A DNA stretch of 64,000 nucleotides from the human T2T-CHM13v2.0 reference genome, Homo sapiens, in NCBI RefSeq assembly GCF_009914755.1, contig NC_060931.1. One strand, 5' to 3'. The notes beneath the pieces were generated by a model. The model had not been told where the DNA came from. It did not search any database and was given only the letters and a program-made list of their open reading frames with translations. The position numbers and the translations under genes were made by a program. Position 1 is the stretch's first letter; every line of letters starts with the position of its first letter. Below, in pieces: positions 18,857 to 40,371 of the stretch.

Positions 18857-20769
18857 CTAGCCATTGGCTTAGGCAAAGACTTAATGACCAAGAACCCAAA
18901 AGCAAATGCAACAAAAACAAACATAAATAGAAGGGACTTAATTTAACTAAAAAGCTTCTGCACAGAAAAGGAAATAATCAGCAGAGTTAACAGACAACAC
19001 ACAGAATGGGAGAAAATCTTCACAATCTATACATCTGACCAAAAGACTAATATCCAGAATTTACAAAGAACTCAAACAAATCAGTAAGAAAAAAACAATC
19101 CCACCAAAAAGTGGGCTAAGAACATGAATAGACAATTCTCAACAAAAGATACACAAATGGACAACAAGCATACGGAAAAAATGCTCAACATCAGTAATAA
19201 TCAGGGAAATGCAAATCGAAACCACAATGCAATACCACCTGACTCCTATAAGAATGGCTATAATCAAGAAATCAAAAAACAATAGATGCTGGCATAGACG
19301 CAGTGAAAAGGGAACACTTTTACACTGTTGGTGGAAGGTAAACTAGTACAACCACTATAGAAAACAGTGTGGAGGTTCCTTAAAGAACTAAAAGTAGATC
19401 TACCATTTGATCCAGCAATCCCACTACTAGGTATTTACCCAGAGGAAAAGAAGTCATTATATGAAAAAGATACTTGCAAACACATGTATACAGCAGTACA
19501 ATTTGCAACTGCAAAAATATGGAACCAGCCCAAATGCCCATCAATCAATGAGTGGATAAAGAAAACGTGGCATATTTATATACACCATGGAATATGACTC
19601 AGCCATAAAAGAGAATGAAATAGTGGCATTCACAGCAACCTGGAGGGAATTGGAGACTGTTAATCTAAGTGAAGTAACTCAGGAATGGAAAACCAAACAT
19701 CGTATGTTCTCACTCATGTGGGAGCTAAGGCATAAGAATGACGCACTGGACTTTGGGGACTTAGGGGAAAGAATGGGGGTTGGTGAGGGATAAAAGACTA
19801 CACATTGGGTACAGTGTACACTGCTCGGGTGACAGGTGCACCAAAATCTTAGAAATCATCACTAAAGAACTTATTCATGTAACCAAACATCACCTGTTCT
19901 CCAAAACCCTACTGAAATAAACCAAAAAAAACTGAAAATAAGAAAATTTAAAAATTCAGATCTAAATGGTGAATAATTTAAGACAAGTTGTTTTTCCCAC
20001 AGGTTAAACAGATGAAAAAGAAAAGTTAAAGAGGTATGAAAGAAAACTGCTTTTGCCTCATGATCCAGATAATTTGTATGAAATAACATACTTTCATTTT
20101 GTCCCTGGATAAACAGCATGAATCTCTGTTTCTCCAGGGCAATTTTGGTTAAAGGCAATTTTTTTTCTAACTTTGGTGCTGGAAGGCCTTTCTGTTCACT
20201 TGTTTGAGGATCAAACAACGCACACTTTTCTACATTATTCAAGAATACATCTAAACTGTCTTACCCATGCTGATCTGAAATTTTGTTTATAAGCTAATAG
20301 GCAATATCTGAAACTATGAGAGAGTAGTGCTGCCTACTGGCCACAGTCCACAGTTTAAAGAGCATCGCTGTCCACAACTAGAGGTTGAATAAGTGCAATG
20401 ATTTGAGTATTTTATTTTAGCATTTTATCCTGATTCATTTATTCCAATGTTGGAAAGTTTTTAAAATACTAGAGAACTGCTACTAATGATAAGAAGGATA
20501 CATCTCAAAATAAATATGATCGTAACAAAAATAAAAACCATTCCGCATGTCAAATACAGTGGGGTCCAGTCTTAATTGGAAATAAATGACCAGAGATTAA
20601 GTCTAAAAAGTAACTTGCCATTAAATATTTTGTAATGTTTTTAGTTATTTAGTAAAGAATAGTAAAACTTCCTCCCCATTACACACAAATTGATTATTTT
20701 CACTTTGATACATTGGATTCTCATGAACACAAGTAACATTTAAGAAGTTAACATTTGCTAAGTACATTC

Positions 20770-20915
20770 TGGGTGTTAGCACTATTTTGTACTTTACATG
20801 TATTAAATCTCACACCTGGTAGGTGCTATTCTTATCCCAGTTCTACTGATGAGGAAACTGCCGCTCAGATGAGTTTGGAAGCTTGCCCCAGACCTCACAC
20901 CTGGCTGTGGCATCA
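20770..20915. mobile_element. MIR fragment
   Basis: ggtaggtgctattcttatcccagttctactgatgaggaaactg...gcttgccccagacctcacac. Confidence 0.6.
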
Positions 20916-21504
20916 CAGGCAATGATTTCATTGGACAATATGTCTCAACTATCTTTTGTTCCTACTTTTTTCCTTACCACCAGTTTAGAAGTTGAATGCG
21001 TTTATTTTGGTACTGCTAGCATTTAGACTTTACATAGACTGAGAAAACTGTATTTAAGAAAAATGTAGGCTAATCAATATTAGCCACTGTGCATCATAGG
21101 CCAGCTGACACAGAAGGGGAGCCAAATGTAAAAGAGAAACACATGATACTTAGTTCAGACCTATTTCTAGTGTTGCTATATGAGTTTCAAAAATAAATAC
21201 GTAAGAAAGGAAATCTAGTGGGAAAAAATTAGTATCTCTGAACCTAATTCTAACAATTCCCCAAAGCTATATGTTAGTGAAGCTGATGGAGGAGAAGATC
21301 CCATGGCTCAAGAGTTATCAATCTTCTTTGAATTTTGCACCCCATATGCCCTTCAAGCCTCCTTTTATCAATCACACCCCTCCACAGGCATTCATTTGCT
21401 ATTTTCAAAAAATCCTTACAGTTAAAAAACAAAGTAATTGAGTTTTAGGGTTCCTTTAAAGAACTACGTGACTAATTAGCAAATAGTCTCAATAAAAGAA
21501 TGCC

Positions 21505-21700
21505 TGCTATGCACCAGGCATTGCGCAAAGTGTCTTGCATATGGAGCTCTTAATCCTCACAAAACTCCCACCGGGTAGATGCTGTCATTATCCCCCAAAG
21601 GAAACTAAAGCACTGACAATTGGGTAGTTTGCCCAAAGTTTCAGAGCCAGTTATGTGGCAAAGCCAGACTGTGAACTCAGAGCATGGGCTTTTAACCAGG
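21505..21700. mobile_element. MIR fragment
   Basis: tatgcaccaggcattg...taatcctcacaaaact...ggaaactaaagcac...ttgcccaaagtttcagagccag. Confidence 0.6.
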
Positions 21701-21704
21701 TTGA

Positions 21705-22458
<754 letters not shown>

Positions 22459-23453
22459 TAACAGACCCATGTCTCTCTCATGTTCAATAAACCACATCCT
22501 AATTTTCTGCAGCAAATAGGCTCTTACTGAACAAAAGCCAATTAGAAAATTGCCTTTGATTTTCAATGACGTGCCCTAAATTATGGAGCATCACTACATT
22601 TCAGATAAAAATAAAAAATATTTTGGGGTACAGAATGAACTATGTTCTCATTCTCTCTCTCTCTCTCTCACTCCACGTATCATTTTCTCAGCTTTCCTTT
22701 TTTGGTTTTAATAGCCAGTGAAATAATTTTACAACCACAAATTTTAATAACAAGAAAAGGAAAAGAATTTCACGCCAAAACATTTAAAAGCTTTCTGTAC
22801 TGTGACAAAAATACTCTGAGAGCCCAGCAAGCCCAGCAACTCCCCCACTCCTTTCTTATTTATGAGATGCTTTGGATACAGATTTATTTTCTTTTCTTGT
22901 TCCATGTTATTTTTTTCCACCTGTCTTGAAATGGAAGCTGCAGGGGCTTTGATAAATGGCTTGAAATTTTCCCTTGTTTTACTGCAAAGCCTGTGTACCT
23001 CTGTACATCCTTCTGAAATGCCATTTGTTAGTTTCTGTTGAAATGCTGCTCTGTGAATCACAGCAGACAGCTCTCAGCCCCTAGAGAAAGGGGAGATGGC
23101 TACTTCCCTTTCCAAAACACCAGAGTTTTTTCACTTTGGGAAAGTAGTACCAACCAGCTGAAAATATTATGAGTTATTTTGTAGTGAGCACCCAAGGAGC
23201 TGTTTGGGTATCTAGTCTGAGTATCTAGTTCCTGGAAATCAGTTTCTTTTCTGTTACCTGCCTGTCAGTTTTTCAGCGGAATGATTTCAATCACACATCC
23301 AAGGGAAAATATAAGCTCTAAGACAGAAAATCTCTAAACTTATTCTGTGCCCATACACCATGGCCACTGGAGAGCTAGAGTAAACCTTAAATATAATCTA
23401 GGCTGGTCTTCTTATTTTATAGACAAAAAAACTGAGCCCCTGGTGGAGAGTAG

Positions 23454-23630
23454 CAGTGCTCAAACTTGAGCAGGCATCTGAATTTCTTGGAGGACTTGTT
23501 AAAGCACTGATTGCTGGCCCCACCCCAGGTCTCATCCAGTAGGCCTGGGGTGAGGCCAAAGAATCTGCATCTCTAATAAATCCCCAGGTGATACAGATGT
23601 TGCTAGTTGAGGACTCTTTGAGACCCACTG
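23454..23630. mobile_element. MER5A hAT-Charlie MITE
   Basis: cagtgctcaaacttgagcaggcatc...ctttgagacccactg, with CAGTG/CACTG termini. Confidence 0.8.
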
Positions 23631-24404
23631 GTAGAGAGGATAGCTCATCTCAAATGACACAGGTAATGTCAGGAGATCTAGAATCCAGATCTACCGTTCC
23701 TCAAATCCCCATGCAGCTTCTATATTATATCACGCTTTAATCCACTGGTTCCCAGGTGCACATGCATTTTAAATATACTTGCTGTTCCTTGTCTCTGTGC
23801 TCAGGACTCTTGTCAATAAAACAAACCCCTTTATTCAGAAACAGGAATTATAATTTAGAAGCTTCTCACTCCAATGACTCAAATTTCTCACTAAAATAAT
23901 ATGTATTAGCACCTCCGCAGGGAAGTAGCAAACTGTAATCAGGCAATATTTCTACTCTTGAATGCTTCCTGGTTGGGAAAACAGTACTGGCACTAGCCTG
24001 AATGATTTTTAAATGATACGTGTTTTTCAATTACCAGTGCCATGCTAGTCCTTTATTAGCGTGGATAATAAAGAGATGATGATAACAATGCTTGCCAGAT
24101 GGCATAGCGTGGGGAAAGCCTTTGAGGATTCAGGAGTTAATATTTGTGTTATAATAGCGTCTACATTTGCTGAACAAATACAGCATTAAAAGCAACCTTT
24201 AAAACAAATCACATTGAGTGAATATTCACTTAATCTATGAAAAGCCCTATTCAAGGCTATTTCTTGAGGCTGGTGGTTCAAGGTCATGTTCTGTAAGGGG
24301 AAAAGAGGTCATCTAGGAACTCTGTCAAATGATACATGCCTCCCTCTCCTCACCTCTTCACCCAGGAGAAATGAATATGTGGGTGTTTCAATAAGCTCCT
24401 GAGA

Positions 24405-24765
24405 ACAGCAGTTCTCTGTCTTAGATGCACCTGAAAATCCCCTGGGGAGCTTTAAAAAAAATCCTGGTGTCCAGGTTCTAGCCCAAATCAGTTCAATGAG
24501 AAGCTCTGTGGTTGGGAGCCAGGCGGTTGGATTTTTAAAGCTCCCCAGAACATTGATTCCAGTGTCCTTCCAAGGTTGAGAACCACTTTCCAAATCATTC
24601 TCAAGAATATCAGAATCTCCTAGAGGGCCTGTTAAACCCCAGGTTGCTGGGCCCCACCTCAAGAGCTTCAGATTCAGTAGGTCTGGAATGGAGCCAAGAA
24701 TGTGCATTCATACAAGTTCTTAGGTGCTGCCGATGGCTTCTGGACCATACTATAAGAACCACTGC
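24405..24765. mobile_element. Two adjacent MER5-family elements (about 24405-24587 and 24595-24764)
   Basis: cagcagttctc...gttgagaaccact, then atcagaatctcctagagggcctgttaaa...taagaaccactg. Confidence 0.75.
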
Positions 24766-27700
24766 TCCAAAGCCACATTAACCAAATGCAAGCGCATGTT
24801 AGGGAGCTATTCACAGCAGCCCATGGAGCTGGTGCCCTTGACTCCCCCTGTACTAGGTGTTGGATTGGGCAGTGACTCTTAGTGAAATGACTGCTTTAGA
24901 TAGGACATACATTCTTTGAGTTGACATGGGCCCCACCACTCTCTCCTCACCTGGTTGCTTACACATTTGAATAATGAGGCTGTTGAAGGCCTCTGACTTT
25001 GTAACCCCCAACATGGACCAGTGTCCCAAAGATCCTTACAAGTAGCCTCTAGGAATCTTCAGATTCTGCTGTTGGTCCCTCTCCATATGTAACAGGAATT
25101 TATTAATAAGAATCAATAGATTGGATGAAAACAGAGAAGACAGTCTATCAAACCTGACCTAAGAGAGAGACATGGTGAATATCCTGAGAGCAGAAAAATA
25201 ACTGTGACAAGGTGTTGGCACTGATACTGATGGGCTTCACACCAGGCACTCCAAATGCAAAATTCCAATTATCTTCCCAACCACCCAACAAAACAAGTGA
25301 CGAGGTACCTGTTATGGTTCTCATCCTATGGATGAGGTCAGAACTTGCAACTTGGGCAAGACAATGGCTAGTAAGTGGCAGAGTCACCACTTCAATTCTG
25401 CAGCTTTTTTCCCCTTTAGGTTCAAAAGGTCTTTGGTGACTAGGAATATGGGGTCCATTAGCAAGAAGAAATTTAATCAGAGAAATGTGAAGTCCCATAA
25501 AAAAGAGTTTTAGAAATTCAAGCACATGTCTAGAGATTAAGGGAAATCTGGCTCATGAATAATTCATGATATCCCAGCTCCTCATCATTAAAATTTGATT
25601 CTTTAAGGTGAGGCACAAAGGTGCCTCATGAAAGAAACACCCAGGAAGATGCTAGGGATCTAGGCCAATAGATTCTAAGCCCCCTGGATTCCCCAGTGTA
25701 CCTCCCTCTCTGATGGACATCCTCTTCTCTTTGCCTGGCCTCCTTAACACTTCCGCTCATCTCTCTCATTCCATTCACCCACCTGCTACCTCCTGGTCCC
25801 AGCCTTGGCTCTGTTTCTCTGGGCTGGACAACTCCACAACTTTACCCCTGGTGTGATACCCCAGGTTCAATGAAGCTCTAAGACCACCTCCAAGTGTCAC
25901 TAAGGGAATATCCTCCCTGAAAATGTTCTGAAACCAAGCAGAGTCCATGACCGTTCAATTTATCAACTAAGAGTTGGAGCTGCCAACAAGTCCAAGAGGA
26001 GTCAACTTCATGTGGCAGCCAGAAGGCTATGCCATGTTGGGTTTTATTAATATTAGCACAACAAGAACAGAAGAGGTTCCACTGGACTGGGCCCTGCCCA
26101 GGTCACATGTGGACACGATGCACAGTCTGCAGGCCACAATGCAACCCAGTTCCTGATACACAAGAAATCGTGCACACAAGAGTGGCCAGAAAGAAGCAGA
26201 TATATCAGAGGAGAGAGGCATGTCAGAAAAGTTGGAAAAAAAAAAAAAAAGCCAGTTATTTAGCCCAGGAAATAAAAAGAAAGGTGTGTGAGGTGCAGTG
26301 ATTAACTGAGATGGAAGTTGTACTAACTTCCGTTGTTAGTTGGACTAACAACGTCTTCAGGCATCTGAAAGGGTATTGACAGTATTCTGTGCCACTACAG
26401 AAACAGGAATAGCAGAGAAGATTTTGTCCTGAGCAATACTGTAGTCAGGGCTGGCTGTATACAGCAGAGACACTGTCTAGGGAAGGGAAAGGCAAATAAC
26501 CACTAGATGCCTTGCAACCCCTAGAGTTCCTTCTTCTCATCACACAATTTTGGACGTCCACTACTACGCAAGGCACTGTGCAAGACAGAAATGATACATT
26601 TCATCCAAAGATGTGTTTAAAACAAAAATAGTACCTGCCTTCAAGTAACTTCTATTTCAGAAGTGAGTTATTAAAAGTCTTAACAATACAGAAAGACACA
26701 CACACACTCATAAATTACACAGGAAAACACAATGAAAGATCATACACCAACGATTCTGAATTTAAGGCAAACTTTCCTAGTTAAAAAATAATACTCTTTT
26801 AAATTTACTCTTAGAAAAGGCCGTGTACTGCCAGGTATGTAATTCATGAAAATCTGAATTGACTCTCGCCACTTCATTATTTTGAAGAAGCAGAATTAAG
26901 ACTTCCTGAATAAAAGAAAACACTGGAACATATTTTATTTGGTATGTTGATTCAACAGTCAATACAAAGAATTACCATAAAAACTCAATTAAAAAATGCT
27001 TTGGGAATAAATTTCCTTTAAAATTGAAGCTGGTTATGATTTTTAAAAAAGTCTTTATGAATAATGAAATAGTATTGTCAAGGTTTATAAAGATATTTGC
27101 AATTTTTCTACTCAGCTGAGTGCATGGGGGATTTGGAACAATCCAGATATCATGGCTCATTCTAGCAACAATGTCCTATTCTTTCTTCCCTTACTTCCCA
27201 GCTCCTCCTTGTACCACTCCTTTTATGACCCCCTTTCTCCCACCTCTCGTCACTTTAAAACAAGGGATAAATACATGTCATGTACAGTAGGCATCTCTGT
27301 CTCCCTTTTTCATTCATCCCCAGGGAGAGCACAGGCTATGATGTCCAACAAAGAACACAGCACATGTGCAAACATCACTCCAAGGTGGGTCTTGATAATC
27401 CATCATGAAGCCCATTCTCCTGGAGCCCAGCACAGCTTTCCAGGCAGCCTCTGGTGAGGAACGACCATCAGCATGGGAGGGGAAACCTCTCTGCCATGGT
27501 GAAGTGAGGAGCTGATCAAGCTGCAGCTGTTACACATGGACTCCCAGGAAGTCAAAGGCATGCAGAGATTTCTCCAGAACCTAGCACCATCTGGCCCTAG
27601 CATAGGGCTGCAGCACAGTTAGTAACTGCAAAAGCAGGGGAGGGACAAAAACCTTTCTCCCTGAAGATGTTCTTCAGTGCTTTATTTATAATAGCAGAAG

Positions 27701-27798
27701 GATGTAGATGGTGACGATGGTGATAACAACAGCTGCAATTGTGGGGGTAGGAGCCAACACATACATAGCAGTCACTAGTGCCAAGTACTGCTCTAAGC

Positions 27799-28125
27799 CA
27801 GGGGTTAGCCAACTACAGCCCAGGAGCCAAATGCTTTTTGTACAGTTGAGAGTCTAAAATGTTTTTTCTTTTACATTTTTAAATAGTTTTTTAATCAAAA
27901 GAAAAAAATCTGTGATGTGAAAATGACATGAAATTCAAATTTCAGCATCCATAACAAAAGTCATATTGGAACTCAGTCATACTTATTGATTTGCATACTG
28001 TCTGTGGCTGCTTTCACATCAGGGAGCAGAATCCAGAAGCTGTGACACAGCCTTGCATATGGCTCACAAAACTTAAAAATATTTACTACCTGGCCCTTTA
28101 TGGGAAACATTTGCAGACTCTTGTT
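27799..28125. mobile_element. MER58-like hAT element
   Basis: caggggttagccaactacagccc...tatttactacctggccctttatgggaaacatttgcagactcttg. Confidence 0.7.
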
Positions 28126-29922
28126 CTAAGTGTTTGATCCTCCCAGCGACCCATGAATTAATCAGAAAATCAGTCCTTGTACAAAGTTAAAAACTCCTTA
28201 ATCAAAAGTTCAAAATCTTAATTAACAAAGAAATGCTAATATTTTGCTCCCTGAACAACACAGTGGCCCCTTTGTAAATGTTTAATGTTTTGTTCCCCTG
28301 GATACTGTAATGATTTTATAGACTCCCAAATGTCTCACTCAACAAATTATCTGTCCTGCAAATGTTATGTTGAAAGGAATGTTTTCAGTAACCTTAGCTC
28401 ATGGCTAGAAGGTCCCCATTCCCCTGCCAGCTAGTATCACAGTGACTCAATGCCCAAATTTTGTGTCTTAGGCACAAAATTTCTTCTCCTCTTTTGTTTA
28501 AAGGCAAACCTCAGATGGGGCCTTTGATATATTCAGACATAAAAGACAACATCTAATTTTGACATGCTAGGGATCTGAGCCATGGCTGGTAAACATAGCT
28601 TACCTCCCTTCAATATACTTCTTATAAATGGCAACATCTGAAGACTTTGGTCTCTTTTTTACAACAGGCTATGTGGAATTCTTTTTTTTTTTTCTTTAAC
28701 AGGCTACATATAACTCTTAGACCTATTTTAAAGATTAACAGACTGAGACAAACAGAGATTAAACATCTTGCCCACATTCACACAATCAGTGTGTTGACAT
28801 TTGAACCCAACCGTCCAGAGTCCACGTACTTAACTACTACACTAAAAAAAAAAAAAATTGTTAACTACATGATGGAAAATCGACTGTAGGGAACACTATG
28901 CAACATTTATGTGCATAGAGTATTTACTTATGATGAATGAAAAGGGTAGAAATATAAAATGCATGCTAGTTGTATTTTGTATACAATCTCTATAGTAGTA
29001 TATAGTCCTTGTCAATATATGTTTTATATAGAATATTTTCTATGTATTATTATATAAAGTATACATGGATTAGCAGTATCAAGACAAAGACTTAGCATAA
29101 TTATGTATTTTTTTAATGCATTAAAATCTGGAAGGAAATTTGCCAAAGTAGTAGTAATAATGATTTGTAGTGGTGGGAAGACGGGTAATTTTTTTCTATC
29201 TGTCCATATCTTTCTAACTTTTTGTAAATAAAGATGCATCGATTTTCACTTATATTTGACTAGGGGTATGCCCACTGTTCTCTAACAAGGAAATAAATTC
29301 ATTTTGCAGGAGAACATGAGAAACAGTTTGGCTTCTCATCCTCGACCCTGCTCAAGTACTCGCTGAAGCGCCTCCCTGCAGGTCAGCATCCAGCTGTGCC
29401 AGAGGGACTCACGCTGGGCAGAAAGGCTCATGCCCACCTGCCCAAGTCAGCCCTCTGCAGTCAGTGTGAGTGGCCTGCATTCTGCCCACATCATTTCAAA
29501 CAGTGTGGGGAGACTAGGGTGTGGATAGAAGAGGCCAGGAAGAGGATCTGTCTGATTTGAATCCTCAGAGTCAGGGGCAATCTCAGGTCCTGAGGTCTCT
29601 TGGGTTTGGGCCCCTCCAGGGTGTTTGCCCAACTTTCCTTTCCTGCCAGGGAATAGCCCTCTGGGCTTTAAAAAACCCCCATCCTTTATTGTAATCCTTG
29701 AAGCCTACACCTCCTGGAGCCTGACTGTTCACACTACACTTCACAGTTCGTCAGGGGGACTGTATGAGGACGGCTTCAGCACAGGTGAATCAATTCATCA
29801 CCAACTGGGCAATTAGGCCGGCTCCCGGTGGTCCCCTGTAAATATTGAGAACTGGGTAACAAAATCCTAATGGGGCCTTCTAGCTCCCAAGCCTTCCGAC
29901 CTGTAAATATTCAGGGTAAACA

Positions 29923-30006
29923 TATTGGGTTGAACCACTTAAGTGACACTATCTGGCCATTTTTGACGTACAAAAATGTAATGTTATCATATGATTCAAC
30001 CTAATA
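29923..30006. mobile_element. MADE2-like mariner MITE
   Basis: TA-flanked ~80 bp element with inverted termini tattgggttgaacca...tgattcaacctaata. Confidence 0.75.
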
Positions 30007-31563
30007 GCTAAACAGACGCATTCGGCCCCTGTGATCCTGAAAGTTTCTGACAGGAGATGGTTTTCTGGAGAACATATTGGAAATAATTCCAGCGGGAATC
30101 AGCCAGAGCTGAGGATAAAAAGACAAGAGAGATGGACATAGTTCTGGTTTAAAAATCAGTGTTGAAATTAAAATTTCAAATTAACTTTTTTCAAATGCAT
30201 CGTGTGACACCCCACGATAAAGCTAACAAATACCGAGGAGAAATTTTCCACTCTCTTTCTCTGTCAAGGGTCAGGAGCAGCAGAAATACGGTGACTTCTG
30301 CTTCAGTTTTGTTTTAGCCCATGGAAATCTGCCCACCTGCCAACAGAGCAACTGTGCCTTTCCCAGCCCTGAGAACAAGCTTTTGGGAATGAGGATTTGA
30401 GTCCATTGCCAACCAGAAAAGTAATAACCTTGATGAAGGATGAAAGTATTGGAAATGTTAGGTAAATAGCATGTGAATGCCACATTGCCCCTAACCTTAG
30501 CAAACAGATTAGATGGAGTCAAAAACTACTATGTTAAAAAATAAAAAATAAAGCTTTGGTGTCCTTGTGAACCTCATGCAGTCATGGTTCCAGGTACAGT
30601 CTAACATGACCTTGGATATCAGAGGAAGCGGTGCCTGAAATCTGGATGATAGGAGGTGGCTGTTCTCCTGCAAACCCAAAGCAGAGGTTGGGAAGGCCTG
30701 GCCCACGAACGCTGCCCTGAGCTGCCAGGGCTGTGTGGGACTGGTCTTCATTTGAAGCTGGGTGCAGAGAAAGTGACTGCCTGAGAAAACCTGGGTGAGA
30801 GGTCTGGATCTCCCAGGTATGTTCTGGCACCTTGAGCAATGTTGGGGCTTTTTTTTTTTTTTATGTTTTTCAAACCTCAACAGTAACAGCCACTTAGTTT
30901 ATAGAATGTAGCAAGTGTGATCCCGTTTTTGTACAGCAATGATCAAATATACCTATGTGTGCATGTGTGTGGATGAGTGTGTACGTGCATGTGCACATGT
31001 ATACACACGATCGTAAAAGCATTTAGAAATGGTGGGAAGCATACACTCAGATGGCTAACACTCAGCACCGGAAAGAAGGGAGGCTGAAAAAGAGAGGGGT
31101 AGCTTCATTTAGTGAAGTTAAGGAGAAAAGGCTCTGGTTTAAAAAAGAAGAAAATGAAAGGAACAGAATTTGTGATATAAACTTCTATGTAAATATATTA
31201 GAAAGCACCAGATTATCAATCTACTTAGATGTGAGCATGTTCATGATGAACTGAGAAATGAAAAAAGCAAGTTTTTGTATAATGTGTATAAGCTGGTTGT
31301 GTTGGAGCAAAATCCAAACAAATGGTAGTTATCTCTGCATATGTCTCCAAGGGGTATCTGCCGGAGCGGACACCTATAAGGGACACACGTGGGGAAGGAT
31401 CCATCAAGCTGCTCAGAGAAGGAGTGAGGGGCAGGAAAAGCTGGAACCAATTTCTGAAAGTGTATTTTTTGATAGTAATTATACTAACCTCAACCTCCTC
31501 CAACAAGTAGGCACTTCGGGAATTATATCTCACAGAAAAATGACTTTAAGAATAGACTTACGG

Positions 31564-37723
<6,160 letters not shown>

Positions 37724-37801
37724 AAGAATAGGCTTATGGCTCTAAATTGATAATGTTACTTCAAAATACAGCTCTAAAGAAAATTTCACTTAGTATTTTC
37801 A

Positions 37802-38139
<338 letters not shown>

Positions 38140-40319
38140 TTCAGGGGACTAATATACATCAGCCTCATGAAAGGAGAAAGGGAGGAAGAGAGGACGTGAA
38201 CGGGGCTGTACAACAACTACACCTGTAATGTGCTATTTTATTAATAGTCACAACATAAAGTCACGTTTGAAGAAAATACAGCACAAAGTTAGTATCTGTA
38301 AAATCTGAGTGGTAGGCACATACATGAATACCATTTAATTCTGTTTTTTCCCTTATGGCCAAAATATTTCATAATGAAAACTTTAATTTAGACAATCCAC
38401 ATTTTATTAATTAAAAGCACAATGAAACTAGTATCTGACTATCGCAAACTCAAGTAGGTTTGATAATTTCAGGACTTTGTGCTTTAAATATTATGGAACA
38501 ATACAATGTAAAATCAAAAGTGGTTGTTTGCCAAAAATGCAAATGCGTGCTTGCATTTGATAATACTTTCACAGTGATTATGCTATCTTCTCCCTGTGCT
38601 GTATGCTGGTATGTAAAAGAGAGCTGAAATATATTTTCAACAATGAAGAAGGAAGTAAAATATTAAAGCTGACCCTTGGAGATCAGTTTTCATATTACAT
38701 TTTGTGAAATTCAGTAGATGCCTCTGTTTCTCTAAGAAATATTAATAGGAACATTTCAATCCTCCACAAATGAATCTTTCCTGAACAGACCTGGAGCATA
38801 TATGCACAGTCTTTGTAAAACCATTCTGAACACATTGGTATGAAATCCTCCCCTGTGTAGAAAATAGCATGCTTTTCCTTCTTATTCCCCCTTTTCCTTC
38901 CTGTTTCCCCACTGGCACCCTGATGTGAAGAAGCTTTTGCTGGCTTCTCATGCTGTCAGACAGAATAGCAGAGGAGCAGGGCGGTTTAAAGCTGCCATAG
39001 GTACTGCTTCTCTGAGTGGCCCTTTATGTTGGAGGTTGGAAGGAATAAGTCAAAGGACAGCTCAAAAGAATCATAAGTAGCCCCCAAATGTCCCCAGAAG
39101 AGCCCACCCTTGAGAGAACAGGTGCCTGGGAGTCCTGTGCCCACCAGTCACGTGGCTTCTGCATGACCAGATGTCCCACCCCAATTGGGCTTTCTGCAGG
39201 AGCCAAAGAGCCTGGACCTTCAGGGCTGATGGTCTTCATCAGGTAAGAGGCTGGCTACTTGCAACAGGTGGGAGGAGCAGACATAGGGGGCAGCACAGGG
39301 TCACGACTGGCAGCACAGAGGTGGAGAGAGACCAACCTGGGTTCCAATGCAAGCTTCAATATCAGTTGATACTCTTAGAAGGAAAGTTCACCTCTCTAAG
39401 GCCACTTCTTCCCCTACAACACTGAAAAGTAATAGTATTACTCTCTCACTGGCCTGCTGTGAGGGTTAAATGACATGATGCCCAGAAAATGCTGTGAACA
39501 GAACCCAGAACCAGGTGGGCTCTTGTGAGGAGGCAGCTGTCGACTATGAGCTTTCAGTCTGGAGTGGCGTCAGCATTCTCCACTACATTCTTCTAAAGTT
39601 CCCTCTTGAAGAAATCCTGGTTCTTACACCATGCCTGGCTCCCCTCAAGACATCAACTGACCTTGAGCTCTTACTAGACTTCAGATGTCATTCATGTGAA
39701 GTCTGGCTTTCTCACTGGCTCCAGGGTTCTGATTCCTGACACCATTCTGAGCCCACACTTATCTTGAATCCCCTAAACATTGTACTTAAGGGGCCTCCTT
39801 CCTGAGACTGTTGAACTGTACATATCTCCATCCCCGGGGTTTTATCAACATAATCAGACAATGAATTAAAGAAGCAAAAGTCCCCCAAAATATTGTGGGG
39901 ATATTCTACCTCTCTATCTCAGTGAATTCAGGAACAGACATTTTCAGTCTCCCACCCGGATGGTCACTTGTTCTATTTATGAAGATTTCTCTGGCAAAGA
40001 ATTTAACAGCCTTTCTTGTTTTCCACTCATTTATACTTTCAGCAACATCTTACCTGACTTTTGAGTGCTGACCTACATGAGCTACATAAGAAAATACAGC
40101 ACTGTACTTTGAGTATTCTGTCAATTCAAAATTCATGACCCTAAACCACTTCAAGTATGAAACACTTTAATTACTACCTTAAGAAAATGGCTAGGTACAC
40201 TAGATAAGGTGATCAATGCAACATTCAAATACACAGGAAACTTCTACTCCCTGTGTTTCATTGATTGGCATTTACCATAAAGGCTTCCACGAGGGCATTA
40301 TAGAAAGCCTTCAGGTAAT

Positions 40320-40322
<3 letters not shown>

Positions 40323-40368
<46 letters not shown>
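40323..40368. repeat. (AT)~22 microsatellite
   Basis: Pure AT dinucleotide run. Confidence 0.97.

Positions 40369-40371
<3 letters not shown>

Noticed and set aside
25148-25525. 125-aa non-repeat minus-strand ORF as a novel gene
   Set aside because: Non-ATG start, no recognisable domain, and a length expected by chance; kept only as a weak cryptic-exon idea.
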